Assembly (NCBI GenBank): GCA_964388595.1
Contig: CAYMAX010000002.1
Location: 13,345-77,344 of the forward strand
Direction: 5' to 3'
Origin: an uncultured Muribaculaceae bacterium
GTDB lineage: Bacteria; Bacteroidota; Bacteroidia; Bacteroidales; UBA932
DNA length: 64,000 nucleotides
The notes below the pieces were generated by a model. That model was given only the letters and a program-made list of their open reading frames with translations, was not told the origin of the DNA and made no database searches. Both the position numbers and the translations under genes were made by a program. This document shows positions 38,551 through 48,324 of the stretch, piece by piece. Position 1 is the stretch's first letter, and each line of letters opens with the position of its first letter.

Positions 38551-39334
38551 GGAAATTCATCAGAGATTCAAGTGTGAGTGTGGGTCTCTCGATAAAACTA
38601 TTATGTCCGGTATCAGGTATGAATGCCCCTTTGGCATTCGGTATATCTTTGAGAATTTGTTGAGCTTTAGATAGACTCATGTGAATATCGTGGTCTCCGA
38701 ATATAAAAAGTATCGGCTTGTCACAATTCGAAAGAAACAGAATATTGTCAGGACGTGACATAAGCCCTCTAATCGTAGCGGCAACACCACTGATATCATG
38801 GGTATCAGAAATCTCAATAGTCTCTTGTATTTTATCGTCACAACTCCTCAGATTAGATTGTGCATACATATTGGGAATGGCTATTGATGATAGTTGTGAT
38901 AATTTACCGCTGTTGATAAAATCAATCTCCTTAAGTCTCTCTTTTTCTTTGGATGGATCGTCTGAATAAGGATTGGAATTAAAATTGATTAGTGATGAGA
39001 AAAACTCAGGATGATGCCGCAAACAGGCCTGTGCCACATATCCTCCCATGGAATGTCCTATTACTGAACATTGGGATACACCTAACTTGGTAAGGACCTC
39101 TGCTATGACATCGCTGCAGAACGACATACTGTTACATTCTGGGTGAGAGCCTGACAATCCGTGACCAGGGAGGTCAATCGCAATAGTTCTGAAAGAAGTG
39201 GGAAGTATCTCTCTAAATTCGTTCCAGATATAAAGTGTTTCAAGATATCCGTGTAAAAGAAGAAAAACCTTTTCCCCTTTACCGGAGTCTGATACATGAA
39301 CAGGAATACCTTGAGAGGTAATGAAAAATTCCAT
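38531..39334 (-). CDS. Alpha/beta-fold hydrolase
   Basis: It has the oxyanion-hole string LLLHG and the nucleophile elbow GHSMGG, with a His near the C-terminus (TGHNSF). It lies 3 nt downstream of the sdhB/frdB stop. Confidence 0.75.
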   Translation of the reverse strand: MEFFITSQGIPVHVSDSGKGEKVFLLLHGYLETLYIWNEFREILPTSFRTIAIDLPGHGLSGSHPECNSMSFCSDVIAEVLTKLGVSQCSVIGHSMGGYVAQACLRHHPEFFSSLINFNSNPYSDDPSKEKERLKEIDFINSGKLSQLSSIAIPNMYAQSNLRSCDDKIQETIEISDTHDISGVAATIRGLMSRPDNILFLSNCDKPILFIFGDHDIHMSLSKAQQILKDIPNAKGAFIPDTGHNSFIERPTLTLESLMNFLTTENC

Positions 39335-39337
39335 ACT

Positions 39338-40081
39338 TTAATCTTTAAATTTGGCTGATAAATATTCTCTGTTGAGTGTAGCTATGTTGGAGACTGAAAT
39401 CCCTTTGGGACAAGCCATTTGGCAAGACCTGGTGTTGGTACAGGAACCAAAACCGAGTTCATCCATCTTGGCAACCATCATTTTAGCTCTCCTTGCACCT
39501 TCTATTTTACCCTGAGGGAGAAGGGCCAACGAGCTGACACGTGAAGCTACAAAAAGCATTGCAGAACCATTTTTGCAGGAAGCGACACAAGCACCGCAAC
39601 CGATACATGAAGCAGCTTCCATGCTTGCATCAGATTTTTCTTTGGGAATGGGAATAGCATTAGCTTCGGGTGCCGCACCTGTATTAACTGATATGAAACC
39701 ACCGGCCTGAAGTATCTGGTCGAAAGCATGACGATTGACCACTAAATCTCGAATGACAGGAAAAGCAGCACTTCTCCATGGTTCTATTACGATAGTATCT
39801 CCATCTTTGAATTTTCGCATGTAAAGTTGGCAGGTAGTGGTTTTGGAATCGGGTCCATGAGCACAACCATTGATATATAGAGAACATGTGCCACATATTC
39901 CCTCTCTGCAATCGTGGTCAAAAGCAACCGGCACATTACCTTCTATGATAAGTTGTCTGTTGAGCAGGTCCAACATCTCGAAAAAAGAGAGGTCGGGAGA
40001 GATATTATCGATAAGATAGGTCTCGAAATGTCCTTTAGTTCTGGCGTCTTTCTGTCGCCATATCTTAAGCTTGAATTTCAT
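39338..40081 (-). CDS. frdB: Succinate dehydrogenase/fumarate reductase iron-sulfur subunit
   Basis: The Cys clusters are [21 protein letters not shown] and [14 protein letters not shown]. Confidence 0.9.
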   Translation of the reverse strand: MKFKLKIWRQKDARTKGHFETYLIDNISPDLSFFEMLDLLNRQLIIEGNVPVAFDHDCREGICGTCSLYINGCAHGPDSKTTTCQLYMRKFKDGDTIVIEPWRSAAFPVIRDLVVNRHAFDQILQAGGFISVNTGAAPEANAIPIPKEKSDASMEAASCIGCGACVASCKNGSAMLFVASRVSSLALLPQGKIEGARRAKMMVAKMDELGFGSCTNTRSCQMACPKGISVSNIATLNREYLSAKFKD

Positions 40082-40084
40082 ACT

Positions 40085-42028
40085 CTAATACTTATAATTG
40101 CGAGGAATTATCGGTGTATTCTCGAAAGAAAGGGGTTCTTTGTGCAGCTGCGGTTCTGCACCATCTCTGTATTCCCAAGCACCTACATACATAAAATGTT
40201 GGTCGTCACGAAGCGTTTCACCCTGCTCTGTCTGCATCTCAGTACGGAAATGCCCTCCGCAGGACTCTTTGCGATGGAGTGCATCACGGGCCATAAGTTC
40301 TCCAATATCGAAGAAATCTGCAACTCTGAGTGCTTTTTCTATTTCCTGATTGAATTCATTATTGCTTCCGGGGACTAAAACATCTCGATAAAATTCTTCG
40401 CGGAGAACCATAATATCATCGATGGCTTTTTTCAAACCATTTTCATCTCTTGATATCCCAACATATTTCCACATTATATCTCCGAGTTTTTTGTGGAAAT
40501 AATCGACCGGATGTGTGCCGTGTATAGAAAAAATACGAGCGATTTTGTCGGATATACCATCTTGCGCCTCTTTAAAAGCAATATTAGAAATATCAGTGCA
40601 AGATTGATGAATTATTCCTGCCAAATAATCTCCGATAGTGTAGGGAAGAATGAAATATCCGTCTGCCAAACCCTGCATAAGCGCCGAGGCACCGAGACGG
40701 TTGCCACCATGATCACTGAAGTTGGCTTCGCCTATCGCAAAAAGTCCTGGAATGTTGGTTTGCAGTTCATAATCAACCCACAATCCCCCCATAGTATAAT
40801 GTACTGCAGGATATATCATCATAGGATCTTTGTAAGGATTATCACCTGTCATCTTTTCATACATAGAGAAAAGATTGCCATATCTTTCATCCATGACATC
40901 TCTTCCATACTCTTGCAAAGCTGCTGTCAGGTCCAAAAACACAGCATTCCCTGTGCTATTGACACCATACCCCGCATCGCAACGCTCCTTAATGGCTCTG
41001 GAAGCTACATCTCGAGGCACAAGGTTGCCATAAGAGGGATATTTATTTTCAAGGAAGTAGTCACGCTCCTGTTCCGGAATGGCTGAAGCTTTAATGAGAT
41101 GACTGCGAAGTTGCCCGACCACCTCGAGTGATTTGGGAACCCAGATGCGTCCGTCGTTGCGAAGGGACTCGCTCATAAGAGTAAGCTTCGATTGATGTTC
41201 ACTATGAATGGGAATGCAGGTAGGGTGAATCTGTGTAAAACAAGGATTTGCAAAAAAAGCACCTTTTAAGTAACACTGCCACACTGCGGAGCCATTGCAG
41301 TTCATCGCATTGGTAGATAGATGATAGACATTTGAGTAGCCTCCGGTCGCAATTACCACAGCGTGTGCACCATAACGTTCTATCTCCCCTGTGATGAGGT
41401 TGCGCGCTACAATACCTCTCGCCACTCCGTCTATCAATACCAAATCCAACATTTCGCGTCTCGGATAGCACTTCACCGAACCTGCTGCTATCTGACGGTT
41501 GAGAGCAGAATATGCCCCTATCAGCAACTGTTGTCCAGTCTGCCCTTTGGCATAAAAAGTACGGCTTACCTGCGCTCCGCCAAAAGAACGATTTTCTAAT
41601 AGTCCGCCATAATCACGGGCAAAAGGAACACCTTGAGCAACACACTGGTCTATAATCTTATTACTCAACTCACAAAGACGATATACATTGGCTTCTCTGC
41701 TTCTATAATCTCCCCCCTTGATGGTATCTGAGAAAAGACGATATACTGAATCATTGTCATTGGCCAAATTCTTGGCAGCATTAATACCACCTTGAGCGGC
41801 AATCGAATGAGCCCTCCTGGGAGAATCGCCTATACATAAGACTTTCACCTTATATCCCAACTCGCCCAAAGAAGCAGCTGCAGAAGCACCAGCCAACCCT
41901 GTTCCCACCACAATTATCTCCATGTTGCGTTTATTGGCCGGACTGACCAACCTCATTTCATTTTTGCATTGGGTCCATTTATCGGCGAGTTTTCCTGATG
42001 GAATTTTAGACTTTATCAATTCTTCCAT
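40085..42028 (-). CDS. frdA: Succinate dehydrogenase/fumarate reductase flavoprotein subunit (Bacteroides FrdA type)
   Basis: The 647-aa protein has [18 protein letters not shown] (FAD fold), ...[14 protein letters not shown]... (His for covalent FAD) and ...ESCGGHFR.... Confidence 0.9.
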   Translation of the reverse strand: MEELIKSKIPSGKLADKWTQCKNEMRLVSPANKRNMEIIVVGTGLAGASAAASLGELGYKVKVLCIGDSPRRAHSIAAQGGINAAKNLANDNDSVYRLFSDTIKGGDYRSREANVYRLCELSNKIIDQCVAQGVPFARDYGGLLENRSFGGAQVSRTFYAKGQTGQQLLIGAYSALNRQIAAGSVKCYPRREMLDLVLIDGVARGIVARNLITGEIERYGAHAVVIATGGYSNVYHLSTNAMNCNGSAVWQCYLKGAFFANPCFTQIHPTCIPIHSEHQSKLTLMSESLRNDGRIWVPKSLEVVGQLRSHLIKASAIPEQERDYFLENKYPSYGNLVPRDVASRAIKERCDAGYGVNSTGNAVFLDLTAALQEYGRDVMDERYGNLFSMYEKMTGDNPYKDPMMIYPAVHYTMGGLWVDYELQTNIPGLFAIGEANFSDHGGNRLGASALMQGLADGYFILPYTIGDYLAGIIHQSCTDISNIAFKEAQDGISDKIARIFSIHGTHPVDYFHKKLGDIMWKYVGISRDENGLKKAIDDIMVLREEFYRDVLVPGSNNEFNQEIEKALRVADFFDIGELMARDALHRKESCGGHFRTEMQTEQGETLRDDQHFMYVGAWEYRDGAEPQLHKEPLSFENTPIIPRNYKY

Positions 42029-42074
42029 AATGCTGCAATTTTAGTTACTTTTTGCCATTTAAACAACCTTTTAC

Positions 42075-42082
42075 TATCTTTA
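42075..42082 (+). promoter_or_regulatory. Near-consensus -7 box TAtcTTTa upstream of xdhA
   Basis: The sequence tatcttta lies 17 nt before the ATG at 42100 and has one mismatch to TAnnTTTG. Confidence 0.4.
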
Positions 42083-42099
42083 CAAACAAAATTGAGACT

Positions 42100-43560
42100 A
42101 TGTCTTCTATTCTGTTTTATCTTAATTTTGAGAGACGGGAAATCTTTTTTGACAATCATTCTGATATTACCCCTTTATGGTCTGTCCTTAAATATTTAAG
42201 GGAGAAAGAGCATCTTATGGGGACCAAAGAAGGTTGTGGTGTAGGCGATTGTGGCGCATGTACGGTCTGCTTGGCCGAACAAGATAATTACTCACTCAAA
42301 AATAGTCTCTTCTCCGAAATCAATCCCTACTCCATCAATTTCTACGCAGTAAATTCGTGTCTGATGCCCATTGCAATGCTCAACGGAAAGCACTTATTTA
42401 CCATAGAGGGCATTTCTTCAAGAAGCAGGCTTCACCCCGTACAGGAGGCTCTGATGAAGGGGAGGGGCACTCAATGCGGATTTTGTTCCCCCGGAATGAT
42501 AATGTCTGCATACGCACATTATCGCAATGGCAGACCTTTTACAAGGGAAGAAATCAATAAAACTCTCTCCGGCAATCTGTGCAGATGCACAGGCTATGAG
42601 AGCATCTTGAAATCAATGATGAGCTTGCAAGATGTGGCCAGGGTTGATGAGCCGGACCCGGTTTTTGACAAAGAACTTGTGGAGGCAGGTCTGCACACTT
42701 TTGAATATCTTGGTACTGATTTCCGGTATTATAAATTCCCCACCCTGAAAGAGTTTTTGTCATTCAAAGAGACCCATCCCGAAGCATATATCGTGTCAGG
42801 TGCCACTGATTTTGCCATTATGCTCCATAAGAGCGGGAAAATTCCTTCACTGATTGTCGATATTTCCGATTTAAAAGAATTGAAAGGGTGCGAAGAATTT
42901 AAAGGTTACTTTTATATCGGAGGAAACACCTCCATTGAGAATTTCAGGTCTATTATCAGCACCTCGTATCCCGCTGCCGACAAGTACCTCTCAAGCTTCG
43001 CTTCACTTCAGATACGCAATAAGGGAACAATAGCAGGAAGTATCTCCGGGTCATCTCCTGTTGGAGATATTATGCCTTTGCTACTCGCTCTTGATGCAGA
43101 GCTTGTGCTTGTGAAGGCAGATGAAAAAAGAAATGTTGAGGCGGCATCGTTTATTACCTCTTATCGCAAAAACGTGATGCAGAGCGATGAGATAATCGGG
43201 GCAGTTATCATTCCCAAACCATCCAAAAGCAGCTTTCTGTTCTGTCATAAGCAGTCCAAAAGAAAAGATATGGATATTGCTACGATGACCTGTTGTATCT
43301 ATTTCGAAACTGTCAATCAGAAAATTTCTAAGATCTATACAGGATTCGGTGGGATGTCTTCCATTCCCACAAATTCTTGCTCTGCTGAAGAATTTCTTAT
43401 GGGCAAAGAGATAAAAAAAGAGATTTTTGTGAAGGCAGGGGCTATTGCTAAAAAAGATTTCAAACCGATATCTGATGTCCGCGGTTCAGAAGAATTCCGC
43501 TCTGCTTTAGTGGAAAATTTATTTCTAAAATGTTATTTGGATTATGAATCAGGCAGATAG
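42100..43560 (+). CDS. xdhA: Xanthine dehydrogenase small subunit ([2Fe-2S] + FAD-binding domains)
   Basis: The [2Fe-2S] motifs are GCGVGDCGACTV, QCGFCSPGMIMS and NLCRCTGY, followed by a CO-dehydrogenase-flavoprotein-like FAD domain (...VSGATDF..., ...RNKGTIAGSI...). The track ORF starts at a TTG at 42052; the ATG at 42100 (MSSILFYLNF) is preferred. Confidence 0.85.
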   Translation: MSSILFYLNFERREIFFDNHSDITPLWSVLKYLREKEHLMGTKEGCGVGDCGACTVCLAEQDNYSLKNSLFSEINPYSINFYAVNSCLMPIAMLNGKHLFTIEGISSRSRLHPVQEALMKGRGTQCGFCSPGMIMSAYAHYRNGRPFTREEINKTLSGNLCRCTGYESILKSMMSLQDVARVDEPDPVFDKELVEAGLHTFEYLGTDFRYYKFPTLKEFLSFKETHPEAYIVSGATDFAIMLHKSGKIPSLIVDISDLKELKGCEEFKGYFYIGGNTSIENFRSIISTSYPAADKYLSSFASLQIRNKGTIAGSISGSSPVGDIMPLLLALDAELVLVKADEKRNVEAASFITSYRKNVMQSDEIIGAVIIPKPSKSSFLFCHKQSKRKDMDIATMTCCIYFETVNQKISKIYTGFGGMSSIPTNSCSAEEFLMGKEIKKEIFVKAGAIAKKDFKPISDVRGSEEFRSALVENLFLKCYLDYESGR

Positions 43561-45745
43561 AAGGATATACGACCATATAGTCGGCAAGACTGAATATATC
43601 GATGACGTCGCAATGTCGGGCAATTTTGCCTACGGATATCTATTGTACAGTCCACACGCACATGCTAAAATCCTCTCTATTGACACATCTGCTGCCAAAA
43701 AATTGAAAGGTGTATTTGCCGTTCTCACCCACGAAGATGTTCCCGGTGTCAATAATATGGGCTCTGTGTTACAAGACGAACCTGTTTTATCTGACGGCAC
43801 TTGCCAATGTGTTGGACAAGCCATTGCTTTGATAGCTGCCACAGACAGAGCTACTGCCGAAAAAGCAAAAAGCCTCATTAAGATAAAATACAAAGTACTT
43901 CGCCCCATACTGGATGTTCAAGAATCTTTTCACAAAGGCAATTATCCGTTCAATCCATACCATTTGGTGAAAGGGGATATCAAAAAATCATTCAGAAAAT
44001 CGGACCACATAGTGGAAGGAGAGATGGAAATAGGAGGTCAGGAGCATTTCTATCTTGAGACCCAGGGAGCTGTATCATATCTTCTTGCAGACCAATCATA
44101 CAAAATAATCGCCTCCTCCCAAAATCCATCTGAGATACAACTTCATATCTCAAGATGCCTGGGTATCGACTGTTCTCAAGTGGAAGTGGTCACTTCTCAC
44201 CTCGGCGGAGGATTCGGAGGCAAAGAGACACAGGGTGCCTGGTGCGCAATTTGGGCAGCACTCCTATCATATCACACGGGGAAAAATATCAAATTCGTCC
44301 TCTCAAGGGATGAAGATATGGTCATCACAGGTAAACGACATCCCGTGAAAGTCAAATACAAAGTAGGGTTTTCAGACCAAGGCAAAATACTCGCCTACAA
44401 AGCACGCTTCCTGTTCAATATGGGATATTGCGCAGACCTGACACAGTCGATTATGGAGAGATGTCTGCTCCATAGTGAAAATGCCTATTACATTCCCTCT
44501 ATGGAGGTAGAAATATATCCCTGCAGGACCAATACTCCATCCAATTGTGCTTTCAGGGGCTTTGGAGCCCCTCAAGGAGTAGTGGTGATAGAAAATATCA
44601 TGGATATTATTGCCCATACATTACATAGAGATCCCCTAATAGTGAGAAGAGACAATTTTTATGGTATCAGACGAAGAAATATCACCCCTTATGGCAAGAA
44701 AGTGAGTGACAATTCTCTTCCTGACATCTATAAAAAGCTCGTGAAAAGTTCTGATTACAAGGAACGAGTCAGAGAGGTCAAACGTTTCAACTCCAAAAAT
44801 AAATTCAAGAAAAGAGGAATAGCGGGAGTCCCTGTCAAGTTTGGGATTTCTTTCACTACATCATTTCTCAATCAGGGGTCTGCGCTTGTCAATCTCTACA
44901 GAGACGGCTCCATGATAATTCATCAGGGAGGGGTAGAGATGGGGCAGGGCCTTTATGATAAGATGATGCTTACGGCATCTCGCATGATGAATATTCCGGA
45001 GGAAAAAATACGCATTTACAATACAGATACCTCAGTCATTCCCAATACTTCTGCCACTGCGGCATCTACAGGCTCCGATATCAATGGGCAGGCTGTCATC
45101 AAAGCTATTCGCTCTCTCAAAAAGAGAATTGACACCTTTGCCAAGACCTTGCCTCCCGATACCCCATTTGAAGAGGTACTCAAGAAAGCATATATGGCCC
45201 AAATCAATCTTGGAGAGAAAGCATACTATAAAACTCCGGGCGTCTATTTCAATAAAACCTCTTGCAAAGGGAATCCATTCCTCTATTATGTGTTTGGACT
45301 GGGGATTTCAGAAGTGGAAGTGGACCTGTTGACAGGCGATACTGCCATCATTCGCACAGACATTCTCAACGACACCGGCATTTCTCTAGATAAGTCGATA
45401 GATAAGGGACAGATAGAGGGAGCTTTCATCCAGTGCGTCGGCTGGTTGACGATGGAAGAACTTATCAGTGACCCACAGGGACACCCTCTTACCTGCAACC
45501 CTGACCTGTATAAAATCCCGGGTATTGCAGATGTACCAAAGGTTTTCAATGTCGGATTATATGAAGATAATAAATTCAATAACGGAGTTTTAGGCAGCAG
45601 GGCCATCGGAGAACCGCCATTCTTGTATGGCATATCTGTAGTTAGTGCCATCAACAACGCCATATACTCCGCTACTCATACTATTTCCACAGATATTAAA
45701 TTACCTGCCACCAAAGAGTCTATTTTTAAAAAATTACATAAATAA
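43544..45745 (+). CDS. xdhB: Xanthine dehydrogenase molybdopterin-binding subunit
   Basis: GGGFGGKETQ, FRGFGAPQG and AIGEPPF correspond to the conserved Glu/Arg/Glu active-site contexts of xanthine oxidoreductases. It overlaps xdhA by 17 nt. Confidence 0.85.
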   Translation: MNQADRRIYDHIVGKTEYIDDVAMSGNFAYGYLLYSPHAHAKILSIDTSAAKKLKGVFAVLTHEDVPGVNNMGSVLQDEPVLSDGTCQCVGQAIALIAATDRATAEKAKSLIKIKYKVLRPILDVQESFHKGNYPFNPYHLVKGDIKKSFRKSDHIVEGEMEIGGQEHFYLETQGAVSYLLADQSYKIIASSQNPSEIQLHISRCLGIDCSQVEVVTSHLGGGFGGKETQGAWCAIWAALLSYHTGKNIKFVLSRDEDMVITGKRHPVKVKYKVGFSDQGKILAYKARFLFNMGYCADLTQSIMERCLLHSENAYYIPSMEVEIYPCRTNTPSNCAFRGFGAPQGVVVIENIMDIIAHTLHRDPLIVRRDNFYGIRRRNITPYGKKVSDNSLPDIYKKLVKSSDYKERVREVKRFNSKNKFKKRGIAGVPVKFGISFTTSFLNQGSALVNLYRDGSMIIHQGGVEMGQGLYDKMMLTASRMMNIPEEKIRIYNTDTSVIPNTSATAASTGSDINGQAVIKAIRSLKKRIDTFAKTLPPDTPFEEVLKKAYMAQINLGEKAYYKTPGVYFNKTSCKGNPFLYYVFGLGISEVEVDLLTGDTAIIRTDILNDTGISLDKSIDKGQIEGAFIQCVGWLTMEELISDPQGHPLTCNPDLYKIPGIADVPKVFNVGLYEDNKFNNGVLGSRAIGEPPFLYGISVVSAINNAIYSATHTISTDIKLPATKESIFKKLHK

Positions 45746-45747
45746 TT

Positions 45748-47379
45748 ATGAAAAAAGTATTTGCTTCCCTCTTCTTTATTCTTTTATTTCTCTCGGTATC
45801 GGGACAGGAAATGGTCAAATATGACAGGGTGGGCCTCTCTCCCATCTATATTTCTTATCACGATTCCCTGACATCGATTGTTAAAAACTACTATTCCAAC
45901 ATCGCTTATGATGCGAGATATGATATGAATAATATCCCCACCAAGAGCATTCCGATGAATATGTCGAGATATATCATCGAGTACAAGAAGGATTCTGAAG
46001 GCAAAATGGTGGCCAATTACAATCTGCGCGACATATCTGAGAATATTACTTCCTATCTCAATGACCATAATGTCGGTCTTGAGATTATCTCTACCATTTT
46101 CAATCGCAAGTCCGATGGTCGGATGGACTTATTATTGCTTCATCATCGCGGTCAGTACAGCTCCACAGATGAGGATTATCTCAAAAGTATCTCGACCAAA
46201 AGAGGGGCAGATGCTCTGAAAGACACCGGAGAAAACCTCATAGACAAAAGCTATATCGTCGTATTTGATAATCTCAATCTTCGATATGAAAAGGGGAAAC
46301 CCAATGCAGAGGGGAAGAGAACTGACTACTATAAAGGGAGTATAATCACTTATCTCTATAAGATAGTTTGGAGTGAAGAATTGCTAAATCAGGTGTGGGA
46401 TTGCTGGATCGACGAAAACACTCCCAAAGGGGAAATAGCAGCCAAAAAAGCAGCTTTTGAAAAGATTCAGATTCCCATCCGGCTTGTCTATAAATATACC
46501 AACAATTCTCTCTCTGTGACTTCTGACCCCAAACGCCCCACCGAAGAGAAAATGGGCAACCTTGAGGTAGGAAACAATAAAGTCGGTCGTTACAACACCA
46601 TTCTGAATGATGGCAACAACAATAGTTTCAATTCTTTAGAAGGCAATGTATCCGACCTCTCTCTCAAAACCACTATCTTCGACATCAGACCTATACGAGC
46701 CAAGATAGGCTCCAAAGAGGGTGTCAACACCGACTACGCATTCTATGTCTATGAAGATGTCCTTAACGCAGATAATACCATCTCGCAAAAAAGAAAAGGG
46801 CTGGTCAAGGCTACTAATAATATATCTGACAATGACAGAATCACCACCGGAGATTTTGCCCCCACCGAATTTTATCAATACGCCGGAAAAAGTCTCGTCC
46901 CGGGGATGTCTATGATAGAGAAAAAAATCATCGGTCTGTCTCTCACCATAGGATACGCAGGTTTTTATCACAAAACCAACGGATTGGATAACTCTTTCTG
47001 TGTAGGTCTCGAATTTGATGGCTATGGTGGACGTTACGCTCAGTGGATGGTAGCTGCCGATTTCACTATGAGAAAGGATGTATATAATTTCGGAGTGAAT
47101 TTGGGATATGGATTCAGAATGAATAATTTTCAACTCTATCCCATAGTGGGTATATATGGAGATATGCTCAAAAAAGATGCAGATCTGCAAGAAAATGGTC
47201 TCGGGTGGTTGGGCAAATTGGGTCTGAGAGCTAATATCAATATTTATTACCCGGTACAATTATTCGTACAGGGTGGATATAATATGTTTCTCTTCGGTAA
47301 CGACACATATAAAAATCACAATGGTGGCAAATCGGGCCAGGGTATTTATTTTGGCACAGGTCTGAGATTCTGCTTCTGA
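45748..47379 (+). CDS. Uncharacterised secreted protein with a C-terminal small beta-barrel-like (outer-membrane) domain
   Basis: It has the signal peptide MKKVFASLFFILLFLSVSGQ. The C-terminal ~150 aa show alternating hydrophobic and Gly/aromatic-rich strands ending in ...GIYFGTGLRFCF (terminal Phe, as in OM beta-barrels). It starts 2 nt after the xdhB stop. Confidence 0.5.
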   Translation: MKKVFASLFFILLFLSVSGQEMVKYDRVGLSPIYISYHDSLTSIVKNYYSNIAYDARYDMNNIPTKSIPMNMSRYIIEYKKDSEGKMVANYNLRDISENITSYLNDHNVGLEIISTIFNRKSDGRMDLLLLHHRGQYSSTDEDYLKSISTKRGADALKDTGENLIDKSYIVVFDNLNLRYEKGKPNAEGKRTDYYKGSIITYLYKIVWSEELLNQVWDCWIDENTPKGEIAAKKAAFEKIQIPIRLVYKYTNNSLSVTSDPKRPTEEKMGNLEVGNNKVGRYNTILNDGNNNSFNSLEGNVSDLSLKTTIFDIRPIRAKIGSKEGVNTDYAFYVYEDVLNADNTISQKRKGLVKATNNISDNDRITTGDFAPTEFYQYAGKSLVPGMSMIEKKIIGLSLTIGYAGFYHKTNGLDNSFCVGLEFDGYGGRYAQWMVAADFTMRKDVYNFGVNLGYGFRMNNFQLYPIVGIYGDMLKKDADLQENGLGWLGKLGLRANINIYYPVQLFVQGGYNMFLFGNDTYKNHNGGKSGQGIYFGTGLRFCF

Positions 47380-47385
47380 TAGGAC

Positions 47386-48324
47386 ATGGTACCTCAGAGA
47401 CATTTATTAGTTACTATTCACTGTCTGACTTTCAATCAGGAAGCCTTTATAGCCGATTGTCTTGAAGGGTTCATCAGGCAGAGAACTTCTTTTGACTTTG
47501 AGGCGATAGTACACGATGATGCTTCCACAGATGGGACAGCAGACATCATCCGTAGATATGCAGAAAAGTATCCTGAGATTATCAAACCTATCTGCGAGAC
47601 AGAAAATCAGTATCACAAGTGGAACAACTCCATCCTTCACATTATGGAGACATTGCCACGCAATGGCAAATACATAGCTATATGCGAAGGAGATGATTAT
47701 TGGACCGACCCTTTGAAACTACAGCGACAGGTGGACTTTTTAGAGACACACCCGGATTATGGGATGTGCTTCACACAAGCCCTCTCCATACAGGGAGATA
47801 AACAACAGATTATTCCTTTGGAACATATTGCAAAAGATCTCCGCTTCGAAGATTTAATTATGAATAACCCCATCCCTGCCATGACTGTGGTGTTCGACAA
47901 CGCTCTGTATTGCAATTACCTTGACACAGTTCTCCCTTCTTCCCATAGGACATGGAACACTGCAGATTATCCTATATGGCTATGGTGTTCACTCTACTCA
48001 AAAATCAAATTTCTGCCATTTGTCAGTGGCTCTTACAGATTTTTATCGGGCTCCATCTCCCATCCCGAGGATTATGATAAGGAAATGTATTTCTTGAATT
48101 GCAAATTTGATATCAAAAGGGAATACCTTTCCAAAAATTATAAAGGTAATGTATCTGATACCCTCATCAGCAAAGTCGAAAATCAATACTATTTTAAACT
48201 GTTCAACATCGCATTTAAATATAGCCGCCGACAAGAGGCGTATGATCACTATCGACAGATATCCCACAAGCGAATAACCACCCGCTGCAAGTATCTATAT
48301 TTAAAATTATCAGGTAAAAATTAG
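47386..48324 (+). CDS. Glycosyltransferase family 2
   Basis: It reads ...VTIHCLTFNQEAFIADCLEGF...EAIVHDDASTDGTADIIRRY... with the DxD-like string CEGDDYW. Confidence 0.8.
   Translation: MVPQRHLLVTIHCLTFNQEAFIADCLEGFIRQRTSFDFEAIVHDDASTDGTADIIRRYAEKYPEIIKPICETENQYHKWNNSILHIMETLPRNGKYIAICEGDDYWTDPLKLQRQVDFLETHPDYGMCFTQALSIQGDKQQIIPLEHIAKDLRFEDLIMNNPIPAMTVVFDNALYCNYLDTVLPSSHRTWNTADYPIWLWCSLYSKIKFLPFVSGSYRFLSGSISHPEDYDKEMYFLNCKFDIKREYLSKNYKGNVSDTLISKVENQYYFKLFNIAFKYSRRQEAYDHYRQISHKRITTRCKYLYLKLSGKN

Noticed and set aside
42029-42099. Purine riboswitch in front of xdhA
   Set aside because: The whole spacer is 71 nt and must also hold a promoter. That leaves no room for a ~70-nt three-way-junction aptamer plus expression platform, and I saw no conserved junction sequences.
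46636-47259. 207-aa ORF antisense to the 543-aa gene, plus similar long antisense or alternative-frame ORFs (40493..41086, 55708..56280, 10368..10856, 17681..18133, 25493..25975)
   Set aside because: All lie entirely inside well-supported genes (frdA, mfd, tnaA, dsbD-like and others). Their translations are low-complexity or Cys/Ser/Arg/Leu-rich, no motifs were recognised, and they have no independent start signals.
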